The position numbers and the translations under genes were made by a program. A DNA stretch of 64,000 nucleotides, from contig JAUCBJ010004177.1 in NCBI GenBank assembly GCA_032718475.1, forward strand, positions 18,861-82,860. Reading direction: 5' to 3'. Positions 13,087-25,224 of the stretch are shown piece by piece (position 1 is the stretch's first letter; every line of letters starts with the position of its first letter). A model generated the notes under the pieces. That model saw only the letters and a list, made by a program, of their open reading frames with translations, searched no databases and was not told the DNA's origin. Source of the DNA: Nemertoderma westbladi. Lineage: Eukaryota; Animalia; Xenacoelomorpha.

Positions 13087-15856
13087 TTAATGATTGGGGG
13101 GGGGGGGGGGGGGTAATTCAGAGTTTGTGGCCCATTGACGCAATGTCCAGCTGTTGTGGGTACATGAATCGAGGTGGTACAGCGTTGCTGGTCCATTGCA
13201 CAGCGCACAGACGCAAGAATCGGTGGTCACCATGTGAAAGTCCCGGTTCTGACATACTCGGTGGTGGAACCCGTGTATCGCGTAACGCGTAGTAACGTGT
13301 CTATTTGGGCGGTTTGGACCAGTCCAATTTAAATCAATAAATGCCGAACTAGTCCAAAAGTCCGGGTTGATTTCGTTTGTTTTAGCTGATATTACTTCTT
13401 TATACTTTTTGAATTCAGTTGTATGCGGCAGATTGAGACGCTCAACTAGTTCGATTATAAGATTTACCTCTCCACAAATTGCTAAGACTAGTCGGTTCTG
13501 TGTAGATTTATGCACCTGTATTACCTTTTTGATAAAACTCGATTTTATTTTGTCCAATTGGTGCAAATTTGCAGCTGTTAGAAATGGCCAAGTTTCCCGA
13601 AAACAATAAGTAATAATTGGGTGAATTTTGATTGTGAATAATTTAAGTGCTGTTGAAACTGAAAGTAAATGAGGGGATCGAATTGAATGAGAAGCTGTAA
13701 GTGCCTTACATACGGTGATTACAATGTGTTTAGAGAAACTCATTGTGGGTTGAAAAGTGACTCCAAGATATTTATAAGAATTGACTATTGATACGGGTTC
13801 ACCGTTATACGTGAATTTATCCGCCGCTGCAAGCCTGCCACCACGCCGGAATTTCATCACCGCCGTTTTACTTAGGTTCACTTTAATTCCATTTTCTGAG
13901 GACCATATTGCGATCGAATCAAGACCAGCTTGAATTGCTTCGCGTGAATCGCTATAGAAGAGTAAATCATCGGCGAAAAGAAGAACGATAATCTCACCAA
14001 TATACCTCGCTGCTCGTTTTATGTAGTCAACTATATCGAATATGAACAAAATAAAGAGTAGAGGACTGAGTGTGTCTCCTTGCAAAACGCCACGAGTTTG
14101 TTTGATAATTTTGGATACCCGTAATCCATCGAAAATTTAAATATAATTTGTTGATAGAATAGCCTCAATTAGTTTTAGAAGTTTTCCCTTTAAATTAAAA
14201 TGTGTTTTCAACTTTGTGAGTAATCTTGGCCTTGGTACAGAATCGAACGCCTTTTGAAAGTCTACATATACCGTGTATAATGGTTGCCGGGGTGATGATA
14301 GATTGATGTGAATTCTGTTGATGAACTGGGCGATCGCTTGCCCCGTTGACCTGCCCTGCATGTAGCCGAACTGTTCTGCGGGAATCTTACTGGATACCAG
14401 TTTACGTAGTCTTTTTTCAACGATTGATGTTAACCATTTGTACGCATTGTGTAGTAACGAAATTCCTCTATAATTGTCAGGAACGGCTCTAGAACCTTTC
14501 CCCTTGTACAGCACAAACATGAGACTGGTTTTCCAGGATGTTACTAACGTTCCGGTAGACAAACATAAATTGAAGAGCGCTGTCCAAAGGATCAGCGTTA
14601 CAGGGACAGCGCCTTTAAGGAGTTCGTAAGGAAGCTTGTTTGGGCCACCTGATTTACCCGATTTCTTGTCTTTTAAAGCAGAAGCGACTTCCTCTTCTGT
14701 GAATAAACTTCCGTTCGTCGTAGTTGCCTTCATCCCCCGAGGAGTCCTCCCCTTTTAGAATTTTACTGAAGTGTTCCTCCCAAGTCTCTAATGCAACCGG
14801 ACAGCTGCTTTTTGAAGTGGTCTTTTTGCACCATTTGTATGGGTTATCTTCAGCCTCGGCAATCAGCTTTTCCTCGGTGCAACGAGCATATTCTTCCTGT
14901 TTATCTCTGAGGAGTTGTTTGTATTCGCGTTTCTTAGCACATAACTGAGCACGTTTCGAAGAATCTGCGTTTGAGGCATTATGAATAGATAAAACCTCGC
15001 GCCGTTTGCGGTAGCAGTCCGAGTCAAACCAGCGTTTAGAGAAGCGTTTCGTGTCGCTAAGAGCCGGTGCCGCCTCTTTTATCGCATTAGATAAGAGTAA
15101 ATATGCCTCATCTGTTCGGTTCTCGGTTAGCAGATTGTATGTATGATCGAGTCTCTCGTCGTTCTGCAGTAGTCCGAGATTTATTTCACGCTTCCTCGGA
15201 AATTCTGTATGTGGAGTTGTAGTTTTTGGATTGAAAATTTTGCAATTCCACATCGCCTTAATAGGGGTGTGTTTCCGCATTGCGTTCGCAACGCCGTTGA
15301 TGCGCTCTGGTAATTCGTTTGAGAATATCAAATCTATTGCACTACTGCCATTGTGACAAATGTATGTAGGCTCCGCCGGATCTGAATGCAGAGACATGTC
15401 CACGTTTTCCATAAGTTCGATCAAGGCATCAGCCTTGGGGTTGTCGTTAACATCGATACGAGCGTTGAAGTCACCCGTAAATATAATATGACCCCCAAAG
15501 TTTTTGGGAATGTGATCTAATGCAGTTAGTACGCCGTCAATCAAGTCCTCTAGAGCCGTTTTAGGTTGGAAGTAGCAGCAAAATAATAAAACATGATCAG
15601 TTTGTACGCATATAAAATTTTCACTCTTCCCTATAAGTTTAGGATTTAGCTGTGGTTTGACTGCTATCGTTATACCACCAAATGGTCTGCCTCGCCCCTC
15701 AGTTTTCATTGCCAATGACTCGAATGAGTAAAACCCTGGAATATCCAGACTGACTGTCGCCATGGTTTCATTGAGTAAAAGGACGTCTGTGTCGAACACT
15801 ATGTCGTTGTGCGAATGATTGAATACTGATTTCAGGCCTTCCACATTCCAGAGCAT
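13087..15856 (-). pseudogene. LINE ORF2: AP endonuclease, reverse transcriptase and C-terminal CCHC; one frameshift (~14730) and one in-frame stop (14137-14139)
   Basis: MLWNVEGL, LLLNET, TGDFNARI, SAIDLIFS (APE); NYRGISLL, YVDFQKAFDSV, QGDTLSPLLF, LLFADD, YKYLGV (RT); CALC…H…C. Confidence 0.92.
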
Positions 15857-16015
15857 GGTAGATAGTTTACAGTGAGCCGTTCCTGTGGTGGGAACTGCTG
15901 CGCGAACAACCGGGGCTGCGTGAACCGCTGGGCGAACAACCGGGGCGGCGGGATCTGCTGCCCCGGCAGATTGTTCGAAAGGGCTGTTATTAGTATTTTC
16001 ATCTTGTTGAGGTAG

Positions 16016-16792
16016 TCAAACTCGTTGATGCCTAAACGTAGGCCGGACACTTAGACCGAAGGACTCTCTCTCAGCATTACTAAGGTTGTAATTCTTTATA
16101 AGAATTCCACTTTCCCAAAGGTCAGGATTCATTACCGATTCACGCTGATCCTGGTTGCATACCAGATGGAAGGATCTAGAACGAGCGCCGTCATTTACTT
16201 CTATCGGAATTATTTGATCAAACGGAACTGATTCATCGTTCCGAAAGTCTGTTATTTGCTCAGCCGACACATCCAAACCAACCCGGCCTATATATACATG
16301 GGCTTTTCTCGGAGCAGACGTTGTCTCGGGCTCGCGTGGAGCGGTTGCGGCATGTAGGGGGCCACCTACTCTTCTTCCCCGCACTATCTTAGGGTTCAGG
16401 TTACCCGGACCTGATCTCCGGATAGTTGATTGACTTTGCCGCTGGGGTCTCCCTGGTAATGGAGTGAGTGTTGATGTGGTGCCAACTGCGGTTTCCAAAC
16501 CTGCCCGGGCGACATCGCTCCACATTCGGCTGGTGTGTGTCGATCCAACGGGTTCCGTTACCATGGGCTGCGCCTTTGATTTGTATTCCAGGAGTTCGTT
16601 TTTGGAGGCTATCGAATCGGCTTGTGCTTCCGCGAGTTTACCGAGGCAAATCGTGTACATCGAGCTCATCTTGGCAAGGTCGTCAGCTAGTTGTCTTTCC
16701 TCATTGTTGTTCATAGATTTCTTGTCTTTGAATGATCTCATAAGCGACATTATATTGTTTTGGAGATTGACATATTCAATGACATCCGCCAT
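16016..16792 (-). CDS. LINE ORF1 protein (coiled-coil N-terminus plus RRM-like C-terminal domain)
   Basis: 258-aa intact ORF upstream of the APE ORF; VYIGRVGLDVSAEQI…SRSFHLV…NPDLWESGILIKNY pattern is typical of short LINE ORF1s. Confidence 0.8.
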   Translation of the reverse strand: MADVIEYVNLQNNIMSLMRSFKDKKSMNNNEERQLADDLAKMSSMYTICLGKLAEAQADSIASKNELLEYKSKAQPMVTEPVGSTHTSRMWSDVARAGLETAVGTTSTLTPLPGRPQRQSQSTIRRSGPGNLNPKIVRGRRVGGPLHAATAPREPETTSAPRKAHVYIGRVGLDVSAEQITDFRNDESVPFDQIIPIEVNDGARSRSFHLVCNQDQRESVMNPDLWESGILIKNYNLSNAERESFGLSVRPTFRHQRV

Positions 16793-17027
16793 GACAGTCT
16801 GAGTACGTTATAAAATATAAATTTAATAAAATATAATTATAAAATATAATTTTAAATCAATAAACCAGTAGATACCGGTCCGCCGGTACAGCAGTAAAAT
16901 GTTAGGGTAAACTGGGGTGAAGTGAGTTGCAGTCAGATCTCAGTTCTTTGAATACCAGAATATAATAACAGCCCACAAGGAATCAGCTAAGAGCCATATA
17001 CCCCAGAAACCCAAACGAAAACAGTAT

Positions 17028-18925
17028 GTGCCATGGCAAAACTCTGAGGTTACTTGTAAGAGAGAAGATCTTAAGATAGCCTACAAAGTTAAAACCGAAC
17101 AACCAACAACCGAAAACATTAATAAGATTGAGAAAGCTAAGGACGATCTTAAATTGGCCTACAACATCAGCCAGGAAAAGTACATACAGGATAAAACTGA
17201 AGCAATTACAACTGCTCACATACAGCAACAATCAAGACTTACCTGGCAAACTGTAAATGAGGTATCTGGTCGGAAAAGTTCTGCAAAGGGGCGCCTCAAA
17301 GCCGATAGTCCTGAAGAACGTGTTGGGAAGTGGAAAAATCACTTCAACAACTTGCTTGGGCAGCCACCAAACATCGAGGTCAGCCCTACAAGGAAAATAT
17401 ATGACAAGACACTACTTATAGAAACAGGGGACTTCACACCTGCCGAACTCCAAAGAAACATTAAAAGCATGTCCAATAATAAAGCTAGTGGATTAGATGA
17501 AATCCCAGCGGAAGTATGGAAAACCGGAGTGCTAAACAGAACATTATTGAATGTTTGCAACCGGATGTTAAAAGGGGAAAAGCCACCACCAATTTGGACT
17601 AAAGGTCAACTAAAGCCTCTCCCCAAGAAAGGAGACCTCGGCATACCAACAAACTATCGTGGGATCTGTCTGCTTGTGGTAGCTGCCAAAATATACAATA
17701 AAATGATTCTACACAGGATTAGGCCTCACATAGAGAAACTACTGCGTAAGAGCCAAAACGGATTTCGACCAAGTAGATCAACAATAGCTGAGATACTTGC
17801 ACTACGGAGACTGATTGAAGGAATTAAGTCAAAGAATCTCCCCGCAGTCATGACGTTTGTGGACTTCAAGAAGGCATTCGACTCCATCCATAGAGGTAAA
17901 ATGCTTGAAATCCTAAGAGCTTATGGAATACCAGAAGTAATTGTTGCAGGCATTGGATTGTTATATTGTGATACAGAAGCGCAGGTACTCTCACCAGATG
18001 GTGAAACTGAGTTTTTCTCAATCCTGGCGGCGTACTGCAAGGTGACACATTAGCACCATTACTATTTGTAATTGTGCTGGAATACGCAATGAGGACGGCC
18101 ACAAAGGGTGAAGATCTGGGATTCACACTTCAAGAACGCAGAAGTAGTAGATATACGGCAACTACAGTCACAGACACCGACTTTGCGGATGACATCGCCC
18201 TGCTCTCTAATACGCTAGCAGATGCACAGCTTCTACTAAATACAGTGGAGAGGGCTGCTAAGGAGGTTGGATTGCATATAAATGCTACAAAGACCGAATT
18301 CATGACCTTTAATGTTGATGGAAACTTGACAACCATTGATAATAATCAACTAAGGAAGGTCGATGATTTCCAGTACCTTGGATCATGGATAGAGAGTAGC
18401 AAAAAGGACATAGAAATTAGGAAAGCAAAGGCTTGGGTAGCTCAATCAAAAATGGATACCATCTGGAAATCAGATCTCTCCAGGCACCTGAAGACTAAGT
18501 TCTTTCGAGCCACAGTGGAAAGTGTATTTATATACGGGGGTGAGACCTGGACACTCACTAAATCACTTGAACAACGAATTGATGGTTGCTACACAATACT
18601 ACTAAGGGCAGCCCTAAACATCAGCTGGAGACAACACATGACAAACGCCGAGCTTTATGGTACAATACCACCTGTATCAACCACCCTCCATGAACGCAGA
18701 TTAAGATTCAGTGGGCACTGCTGGCGAAGTAAAGACGAGGTCATACCAGATCTACTTCTCTGGCAACCAACTCATGGGAAGCGTAGTCGTGGACGACCGG
18801 CCATAACATATATAGATCAACTTGAAAGGGATACTGAACCTGGGAGAAACGAAATTGCGACAACTATGGAGAATCAGGAAGCCTGGAAGGGTCTCATTTC
18901 TACTGTTCGAGTTCGCTCGACCTAG
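17028..18925 (+). pseudogene. RTE reverse transcriptase, family B, with one frameshift at ~18030
   Basis: NYRGICLL, QNGFRPSRST, FVDFKKAFDSI, (G)VLQGDTLAP across the shift, DFADDIALL, FQYLGS, RLRFSGHCWR. Confidence 0.93.
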
Positions 18926-19723
18926 TAGTAGTAGTAGTTCATATTACTATTTGTATAGAAAATGTTCCAGAACATGTTAGCTATTCATGTGAAGAAAAAA
19001 TCACGTTCTAGAACGAATATTTTTGGTTCTGGAACATTTTCAGAAAAAATCTAGATTCTATTTCAAACGCATGGAATCGTTTTAAATCGTGTTTAAAAAA
19101 TTTATTCACAATATATTTTTTTTTCACAATTTTTTTTATTGATTTCGAACACGTTTTAGAACGATTCCATGCGTTTTAAATAGAATCCAGATTTTTTACT
19201 AAAAAATGTTCTAGAACAAAAAATACTTATTCTAGAACATAGCTTTTATAAAAATGAATAGCTAACATGTTCTGGAACAATTTCTATACAAATAGTAATA
19301 AGAACTAGCTACTACAAAATAATTATAGAGGGAAGTAGGATGTCGGAACCAGTGTTGAAATTACTAGCTAAACCTATCTAAATCACTAGCTACCATAAAA
19401 TTTAGTATCTTGCTTAGCGAAGAGACTTCAATTACGTCCGTTGACCAAATTGCAGCAAATGAAAATTTATAGAACTCTCCCCACATCAAAATATCATAAT
19501 AATGTAAAAAAAAACTGGCCTCTTTTTTGAAGGCCAAATCGACAACATGTTAGGCCGTATATATAGTAGGCCATGCTACTACTACCTACTAAAGACGAAA
19601 TCAATTTCCAATATTGGTTTATGTAGTTTAGCGGCTCTCTAGTTACGAAATAAATATTCGAGAACATTAAATTATTTAACATTGAGTAAGGCAGCATCAG
19701 GAGTTGAAGAGTACAATAATATG

Positions 19724-20551
19724 AATCGCAGTAACTATGGGAGCAATGTAGTAAAATACAGTAGGCCGGCCTACTACAGTTCAATCGCAGTAACTATGGG
19801 AGCAATATAGTAAAATACAGTAGGCCGGCCTACTACAGTTCAATCGCAGTAACTATGGAAGTAATATAGTAAAATACAGTAGGCCGGCCTACTACAGTTC
19901 AATCGCAGTAACTATGGAAGTAATATAGTAAAATACAGTAGGCCGGCCTACTACAGTTCAATCGCAGTAACTATGGAAGTAATATAGTAAAATACAGTAG
20001 GCCGGCCTACTACAGTTCAATCGCAGTAACTATGGAAGTAATATAGTAAAATACAGTAGGCCGGCCTACTACAGTTCAATCGCAGTAACTATGGAAGTAA
20101 TATAGTAAAATACAGTAGGCCGGCCTACTACAGTTCAATCGCAGTAACTATGGAAGTAATATAGTAAAATACAGTAGGCCGGCCTACTACAGTTCAATCG
20201 CAGTAACTATGGAAGTAATATAGTAAAATACAGTAGGCCGGCCTACTACAGTTCAATCGCAGTAACTATGGAAGTAATATAGTAAAATACAGTAGGCCGG
20301 CCTACTACAGTTCAATCGCAGTAACTATGGAAGCAATATAGTAAAATACAGTAGGCCGGCCTACTACAGTTCAATCGCAGTAACTATGGAAGCAATATAG
20401 TAAAATACAGTAGGCCGGCCTACTACAGTTCAATCGCAGTAACTATGGAAGTAATATAGTAAAATACAGTAGGCCGGCCTACTACAGTTCAATCGCAGTA
20501 ACTATGGAAGTAATATAGTAAAATACAGTAGGCCCGGCTACTGCAGTTCAA
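19724..20551. repeat. 59-bp minisatellite (AATCGCAGTAACTATGGAAGTAATATAGTAAAATACAGTAGGCCGGCCTACTACAGTTC), about 14 copies
   Basis: Tandem units, each containing the 16-bp palindrome AGTAGGCCGGCCTACT. Confidence 0.96.
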
Positions 20552-20563
20552 TTTATTTTGTAA

Positions 20564-20914
20564 AGGCCCGTTTTCGCGCTGCTTTTTTTTGAGCTTTATT
20601 TCAAGCTTTTTTTAGTTAAAACAATTTCTAGAAATTAATTGCTTCAAGATGAATCTGAGAATTTTCGAATGCTAAAACCTAAAATATAGAATAAAGCTCC
20701 AAAAAAGCTTGAAAAAAAGCTAAAAAAAAAGCTGGGCGAATATAATAATTATCTACTTCTAGAACATTCATATTACATCTTAATTTTAACTGAACGTTAG
20801 AAAAGACATATCAAGCTTGAAAAAATGCTAGAAAAAAAGCTAGAAAAACAGCTAAAAAAAAGATAAAAAAAAGCTCAGAATACTCACATAAAAAAGCAGC
20901 GCAGAAATGGGCCT
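20564..20914. mobile_element. Small MITE (possibly PIF/Harbinger-like)
   Basis: Imperfect TIRs AGGCCCGTTTTCGCGCTGC / GCAGCGCAGAAATGGGCCT with TA-containing flanks; AAAAAGCT subrepeats; related fragment at ~10430-10535. Confidence 0.65.
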
Positions 20915-22022
20915 TATCACTCTATATCGCTCTAAGTTTTATTAAATAATTAAGCAACAAAATGTACCAATTTAAGAATAAAATTATGTATTATATGGGA
21001 AAAAAAGGAGAACATGTTTTTGCAATATTTTCTCGTCCCTTTATTAATGCTTTGGAGCCTTTTTAGAACAAAAGGCACCAATAACCCAAAGGGCTTTTTT
21101 TGGGCCTTCTTGATATAAAAAGGCTCCAGGGCATTTCAATCCAAATTTGTTTAGAAGAAGTATGGAGAAGGGTAATCTTAATAAGTGTACCAAATTTCAA
21201 CTCATTTCAGTTAAAATAGGCGGAGAAATAGCCTTTTTCATGAAAAAACGTCATTCTGAGATATATGGGTGTTTAAAGTTTAAGGAACAATTCAAACCTT
21301 CCCGCTATTTTAGATAATACCATTTTTATATTTTCAACAATAATAACTTTGTCAAAAATGAACGAAATGCAACGAAATTTTTCATGCTTGCAAAACAGAT
21401 AACTAGTAAAACAACGATTTAGAAATTTTAATCATATCTGGACCGTGAGAGCCTTTTTTATGAAAAAGCACCCGTACAGTTGTAAAATATAGTGCTGCTC
21501 GAAGGTTGTCAAAAATCAGACTAGCTCTTACGTTTTGGGTAATAATTTGAGTTTGAGAAAAGATATGAGAAATAACCCCCCCCCCCCCCCCCCCTTAAAG
21601 TAAGCAAACACAGAAATGCAGAAATATACAGGGAACCTGTCTCTCCATGTAGAGGACGTCTAATATGCTTGGTGCACGAAAATATTGTTGACCTTCGAAA
21701 TGGCATGTTTAAGTAAACATGGTAAGCCATTTTTGAAAATCGGTTGTGATGATGGGCAACTACAGATTTGAAGTCACTACAAAGTGATCTGATAATTTCC
21801 TTTAAACTTTAAATTAGAATCTTGTTTTCTATGGATAGAGATTTTCGATCCATAGAAATACACATTAAATCTCAACCATTTCACAACTGGCTTATATCAA
21901 TTGAAAGCACAGAGTCTTCTGCGTCTTTTGGCACTATAATTAATTAAATCCATGATGAGGAACATTGATAAACTGTTTCCAGACACCAATGTGTGCTTAG
22001 AAGGTTTGAAAAATTAATTTAA

Positions 22023-23434
22023 CCCTTTGCGTACCAAAGATAAATTACATAAATTTTTACTTCCAACGACCAAGAAAAATATATCTGTTGGGACCAAGGT
22101 TTATTTTCTTGTCGTACCAGAGATTTTTATTTAAATAGGACAACGATATTAATAATTATCCTTTTCTCAAAGGCGACACACTGCCGTCTTTAACCATTTT
22201 TTCGAGAAAGACCAAAATTTTGACAGTTAACTTTGAAAGTCCTCAGCAAGTCTCTGATCGGATGAGCCTAAGCTCAAAAATGGTATGCTTGAGCATGTGG
22301 ATGACTTCTGTTACCTGGGATCATGGATCCGGAAGTCAGGTGAGGACCTTCGAATACGTAAGGGAAAGGCATGGGCAGCCTTGAATAGGCTTTCCAGGAT
22401 TTGGAAGTCGCCGAGAATTAATCGGAAACTTAAGGTCCGATTATTTAGAGCAGCAGTAGTTCCAGTACTCCTCTATGGGAGTCCATGCTGGGCTCTAACT
22501 GCTGAGGACACCAAATCTCTGGATGGCACATTCACAAGAATGCTACGCCGGGTTCATTGTGTCAAGTACAATGCACACATCTCCAACCAGACACTATATA
22601 ACATTGGAGGTGTCTCATTGGTTCCCCCAAGCTTGACACTGGAACAAAATCGCCTCCGCTTTGCAGGACATTGCTTTCGCCGTGAGGACCAGCCAGTGCA
22701 TAATCTTGTACTTTGGCAGCCTCATGGAGTGAATAAGCATGGTGGACAGCCCATGACTTTCTTGAGACGCATCTTAAAGGACACTGGCCTTAAAGATGCG
22801 GATGATCTAGCAAATGTCAAGGGTGATAGGGAGTTGTGGCGGTGCAATTTTGTTGACAAGCCGGCACAGCATTCTTAAAAATGCAGCTGCAATGCAGCAT
22901 GCCGATCCTAGTAGTAACCATTTTTTAAATTTTCAAATCTTTAATTTGAACCCCATGGGAGGCAAACTGCCGCCTTAAAAATTTGTAACAAAATTATTGG
23001 CTAAATTGAAATTAAATTGCATAAATTATGCAATTTAAAATACCCTCAAACCAATAGGAATCCCTTCAAGCAATCCCTTCAAGCCCTTCCCTATGAAATT
23101 AACTTTTCCTGCCCAATACGAATACAGTATAAACTCCATTTTTCCGCCCCAATAGTTATAAGAGGTTTTAAATAAAGGCGGCACCCTGCCGCCCTGGAGG
23201 TCAGGATAATATATGTAAAGGCAGCACTTGGGGGTTAAGTTATAATTTATAAATATGTAATATTATGGTTTTGTTCAGAAATGGAAAAAATGAGAAAGTG
23301 CGTGACCGGATTGGACAGGCAGTCTTAAGTTGCATATCCTATAATTTATAAAGGCGGCACACTACCTCCTTTATGAGCATTCCTGAATTATTTAGAATGA
23401 AAAAGGCGGTAGTGTTGGCACAGTACGCAAAGGG
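22023..23434. mobile_element. Non-autonomous piggyBac-like element
   Basis: TTAA-CCCTTTGCGTAC … GTACGCAAAGGG-TTAA: perfect 12-bp TIR with TTAA TSD. Confidence 0.88.
22203..22914 (+). mobile_element. 5'-truncated RTE family A copy nested in the piggyBac-like element
   Basis: 12-bp TSD TAACCATTTTTT (22191-22202, 22915-22926); ORF 22285-22878 nearly identical to 8541-9158; TAG tail. Confidence 0.93.
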
Positions 23435-23599
23435 TTAATTTCATTTAAAACATTAAGGGTAACGGATAGGTTACATTGGCGACTTTTTATAACCAAAACA
23501 CTTCCCCACTTTTGTACGTGACGGGAAGCGATATTCGACAGAACTTTATCCAAAGTAGAACATGATGACATCGTATCACGGAGAACAGTGCAGGATTTG

Positions 23600-24400
23600 A
23601 AGTATTCGGGACGGGTTGCATTCAGTTTACTTTCGATTTTTCCTTAGATTTGGAACTGGTGAGCTCCAATAGAGGGGGTAGTTTAACCAAAGTACATTTT
23701 AAGGATTTATTAAAGAAGCTCCCCACTCACAGTAACAGGACGCGAGAGGGCATGGTGAAAGTACAATCGTGCAGATTTGTAAATTTGACCTCATCCAAGA
23801 CCGAGAACCGGAACGCACACGACAGGTTTCTTACATACTGCTGGGTGTTGGGATATAATGAGGCATTACTCGAGAAAGCCCGACGTTGGGACCCAAGGGC
23901 ACATTTTGACCAAAGCTTTAGGACATACCACTGTGACACGGCAGACAAGCACAGGCGAAGACAGTCTGCGGCGTCGGCCCGCACCTCAGATAGAGCCTAT
24001 GTGCCACCGCTGTGGCAAACCACATTGTAAGACATGCCCCTCCATGGCCGATAAGGTACAGACCCCCTGGGGGATCAAAATCACCAGAACGTACGACTGC
24101 ACCACCCACAACGTGTTGATCTACTAACATGTTCCACCCACCAAGACAACAACTACATAGGATAAACTCACTAAGCACAGATCTGCTATCTGGAGTTTCA
24201 GGAAGGAGCTAGTCCCAGAACTGACAAACATCCCTGAGTATGTGCAACTCCAACATTTCCTCACATGCTCGATTGACAACCTGAGGATTACATCATTTTC
24301 GCAAGTTCTAAACGGAAATAGACGCTGGAAATAGACAGGATACATGCTTAATCCGTGTACATTAACAGACACAGACAGCCCTTCTTGGAACAAAAATATA
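23600..24400 (+). pseudogene. Degenerate Penelope-like element (RT C-terminus plus GIY-YIG linker)
   Basis: VKVQSCRFVNLTS…LGYNEALLEKA followed by CHRCGKPHCKTCP…TRTYDCTTHNVLIY, the Cys-rich linker that precedes GIY-YIG in Penelope-like elements. Confidence 0.65.
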
Positions 24401-24519
24401 TCCCGCCATGTAACCCAGGGACACCAGCCCTGCAATTGAGTAAACTAAAACAACAATTGACACAGTTGACTAAACTAAAATATGCTAAAATATAATGATA
24501 AAAAACTATTTACAGATAG

Positions 24520-24815
24520 AATATCTTTGTATATCGCAAACGTATCGAAACCATTCATCATCCGTGTCGATGCTAGCAATAAAGCGATTGGAGCAGTTTT
24601 AAGCCAAGAAAAAAATTCTGAAGAAATCCTGGTCTATTTTGCAAGTAGAACGCTCCATGGTTCGGAATTAAATTGGTCAAACACTGATAAGGAATTTTAC
24701 AGCCTGCACAAGGCTGTAAGAAAGTTTGAAAGTTATATTAAGGGTCAAGAAACTACGATCTTCACAGATCATAAGCCCGTGATCGGTTTACTCGACAAAA
24801 AGGTTGGAAACAACC
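24520..24815 (+). pseudogene. Ty3/Gypsy RNase H fragment
   Basis: KPFIIRVDASNKAIGAVLSQ…YFASRTL…NWSNTDKEFY…IFTDHKPV. Confidence 0.88.
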
Positions 24816-24837
24816 AACATCAAACTTATTTTAAGTT

Positions 24838-25200
24838 GCACGCACTAAAAATTGGTCCCACTGTAACATCACACAAAATTAATCCTTTGTCACAAAGTGT
24901 TTCTATACCCTCCTCCAACTTAGCGGCTAGTTCCTCTGCCCATTTGTGTTCACTCATCTTTTCTAAATTTTCAAAGTATAATTTTGTACATATATAGTAT
25001 CTAATACACTAGAACTAATGTCACCCATCATGTTGGCTTCCTCCACCTCTCTCAACTTCAGATGGTAACTGTAGTAACTTCTCGAGAGTTTCTCTATCCA
25101 GGAGAGGGTTGCAGATGTCATCGTCATTGTTCTGGTAGAGTCCCTCTCTTCTAGCTCGTCATCGTCTTCGTTATCATTATCTCACTCCTCGACTCTCACT
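24838..25200. repeat. Diverged ~350-bp direct duplicate of ~27022-27370
   Basis: CGCACTAAAATTGGTCCCACTGTAACATCACACAAAATTAATCC… present at both sites. Confidence 0.85.
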
Positions 25201-25224
25201 CCTCTCTAGCTTTACACTCCTTAA

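Larger units (their letters stand above)
12971..16951 (-). mobile_element. Apparently full-length (~4.0 kb) two-ORF APE-type LINE (CR1/L2/Daphne/RTE-X group; clade unresolved)
   Basis: 15-bp TSD ATACCAGAATATAAT (12956-12970, 16952-16966); 5'UTR, ORF1, ORF2 and AT-rich 3' end all present. Confidence 0.92.
12777..18934 (+). mobile_element. 5'-truncated RTE-clade LINE, family B, split by a nested LINE
   Basis: 11-bp TSD TAGTTCATATT (12766-12776, 18935-18945); (TAG)n tail; reading frame continues across the nested insert (…NSIYQNII|TAHKESAK…). Confidence 0.92.
12498..19575. mobile_element. Long-TIR foldback DNA element (P/Galileo-like, non-autonomous), interrupted by nested LINEs
   Basis: Termini CATGGCCTACTATATATACGGCC / GGCCGTATATATAGTAGGCCATG; arms 12498-12776 plus 18946-19100 versus ~19140-19575; flanks CTACAAC/CTACTAC (7-bp TSD with one mismatch). 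Confidence 0.78.

Noticed and set aside
11170-21050. One giant 10-kb element defined by inverted homologous blocks
   Set aside because: The blocks are diverged and no shared termini or TSD were found; two independent copies in opposite orientation are the simpler explanation.
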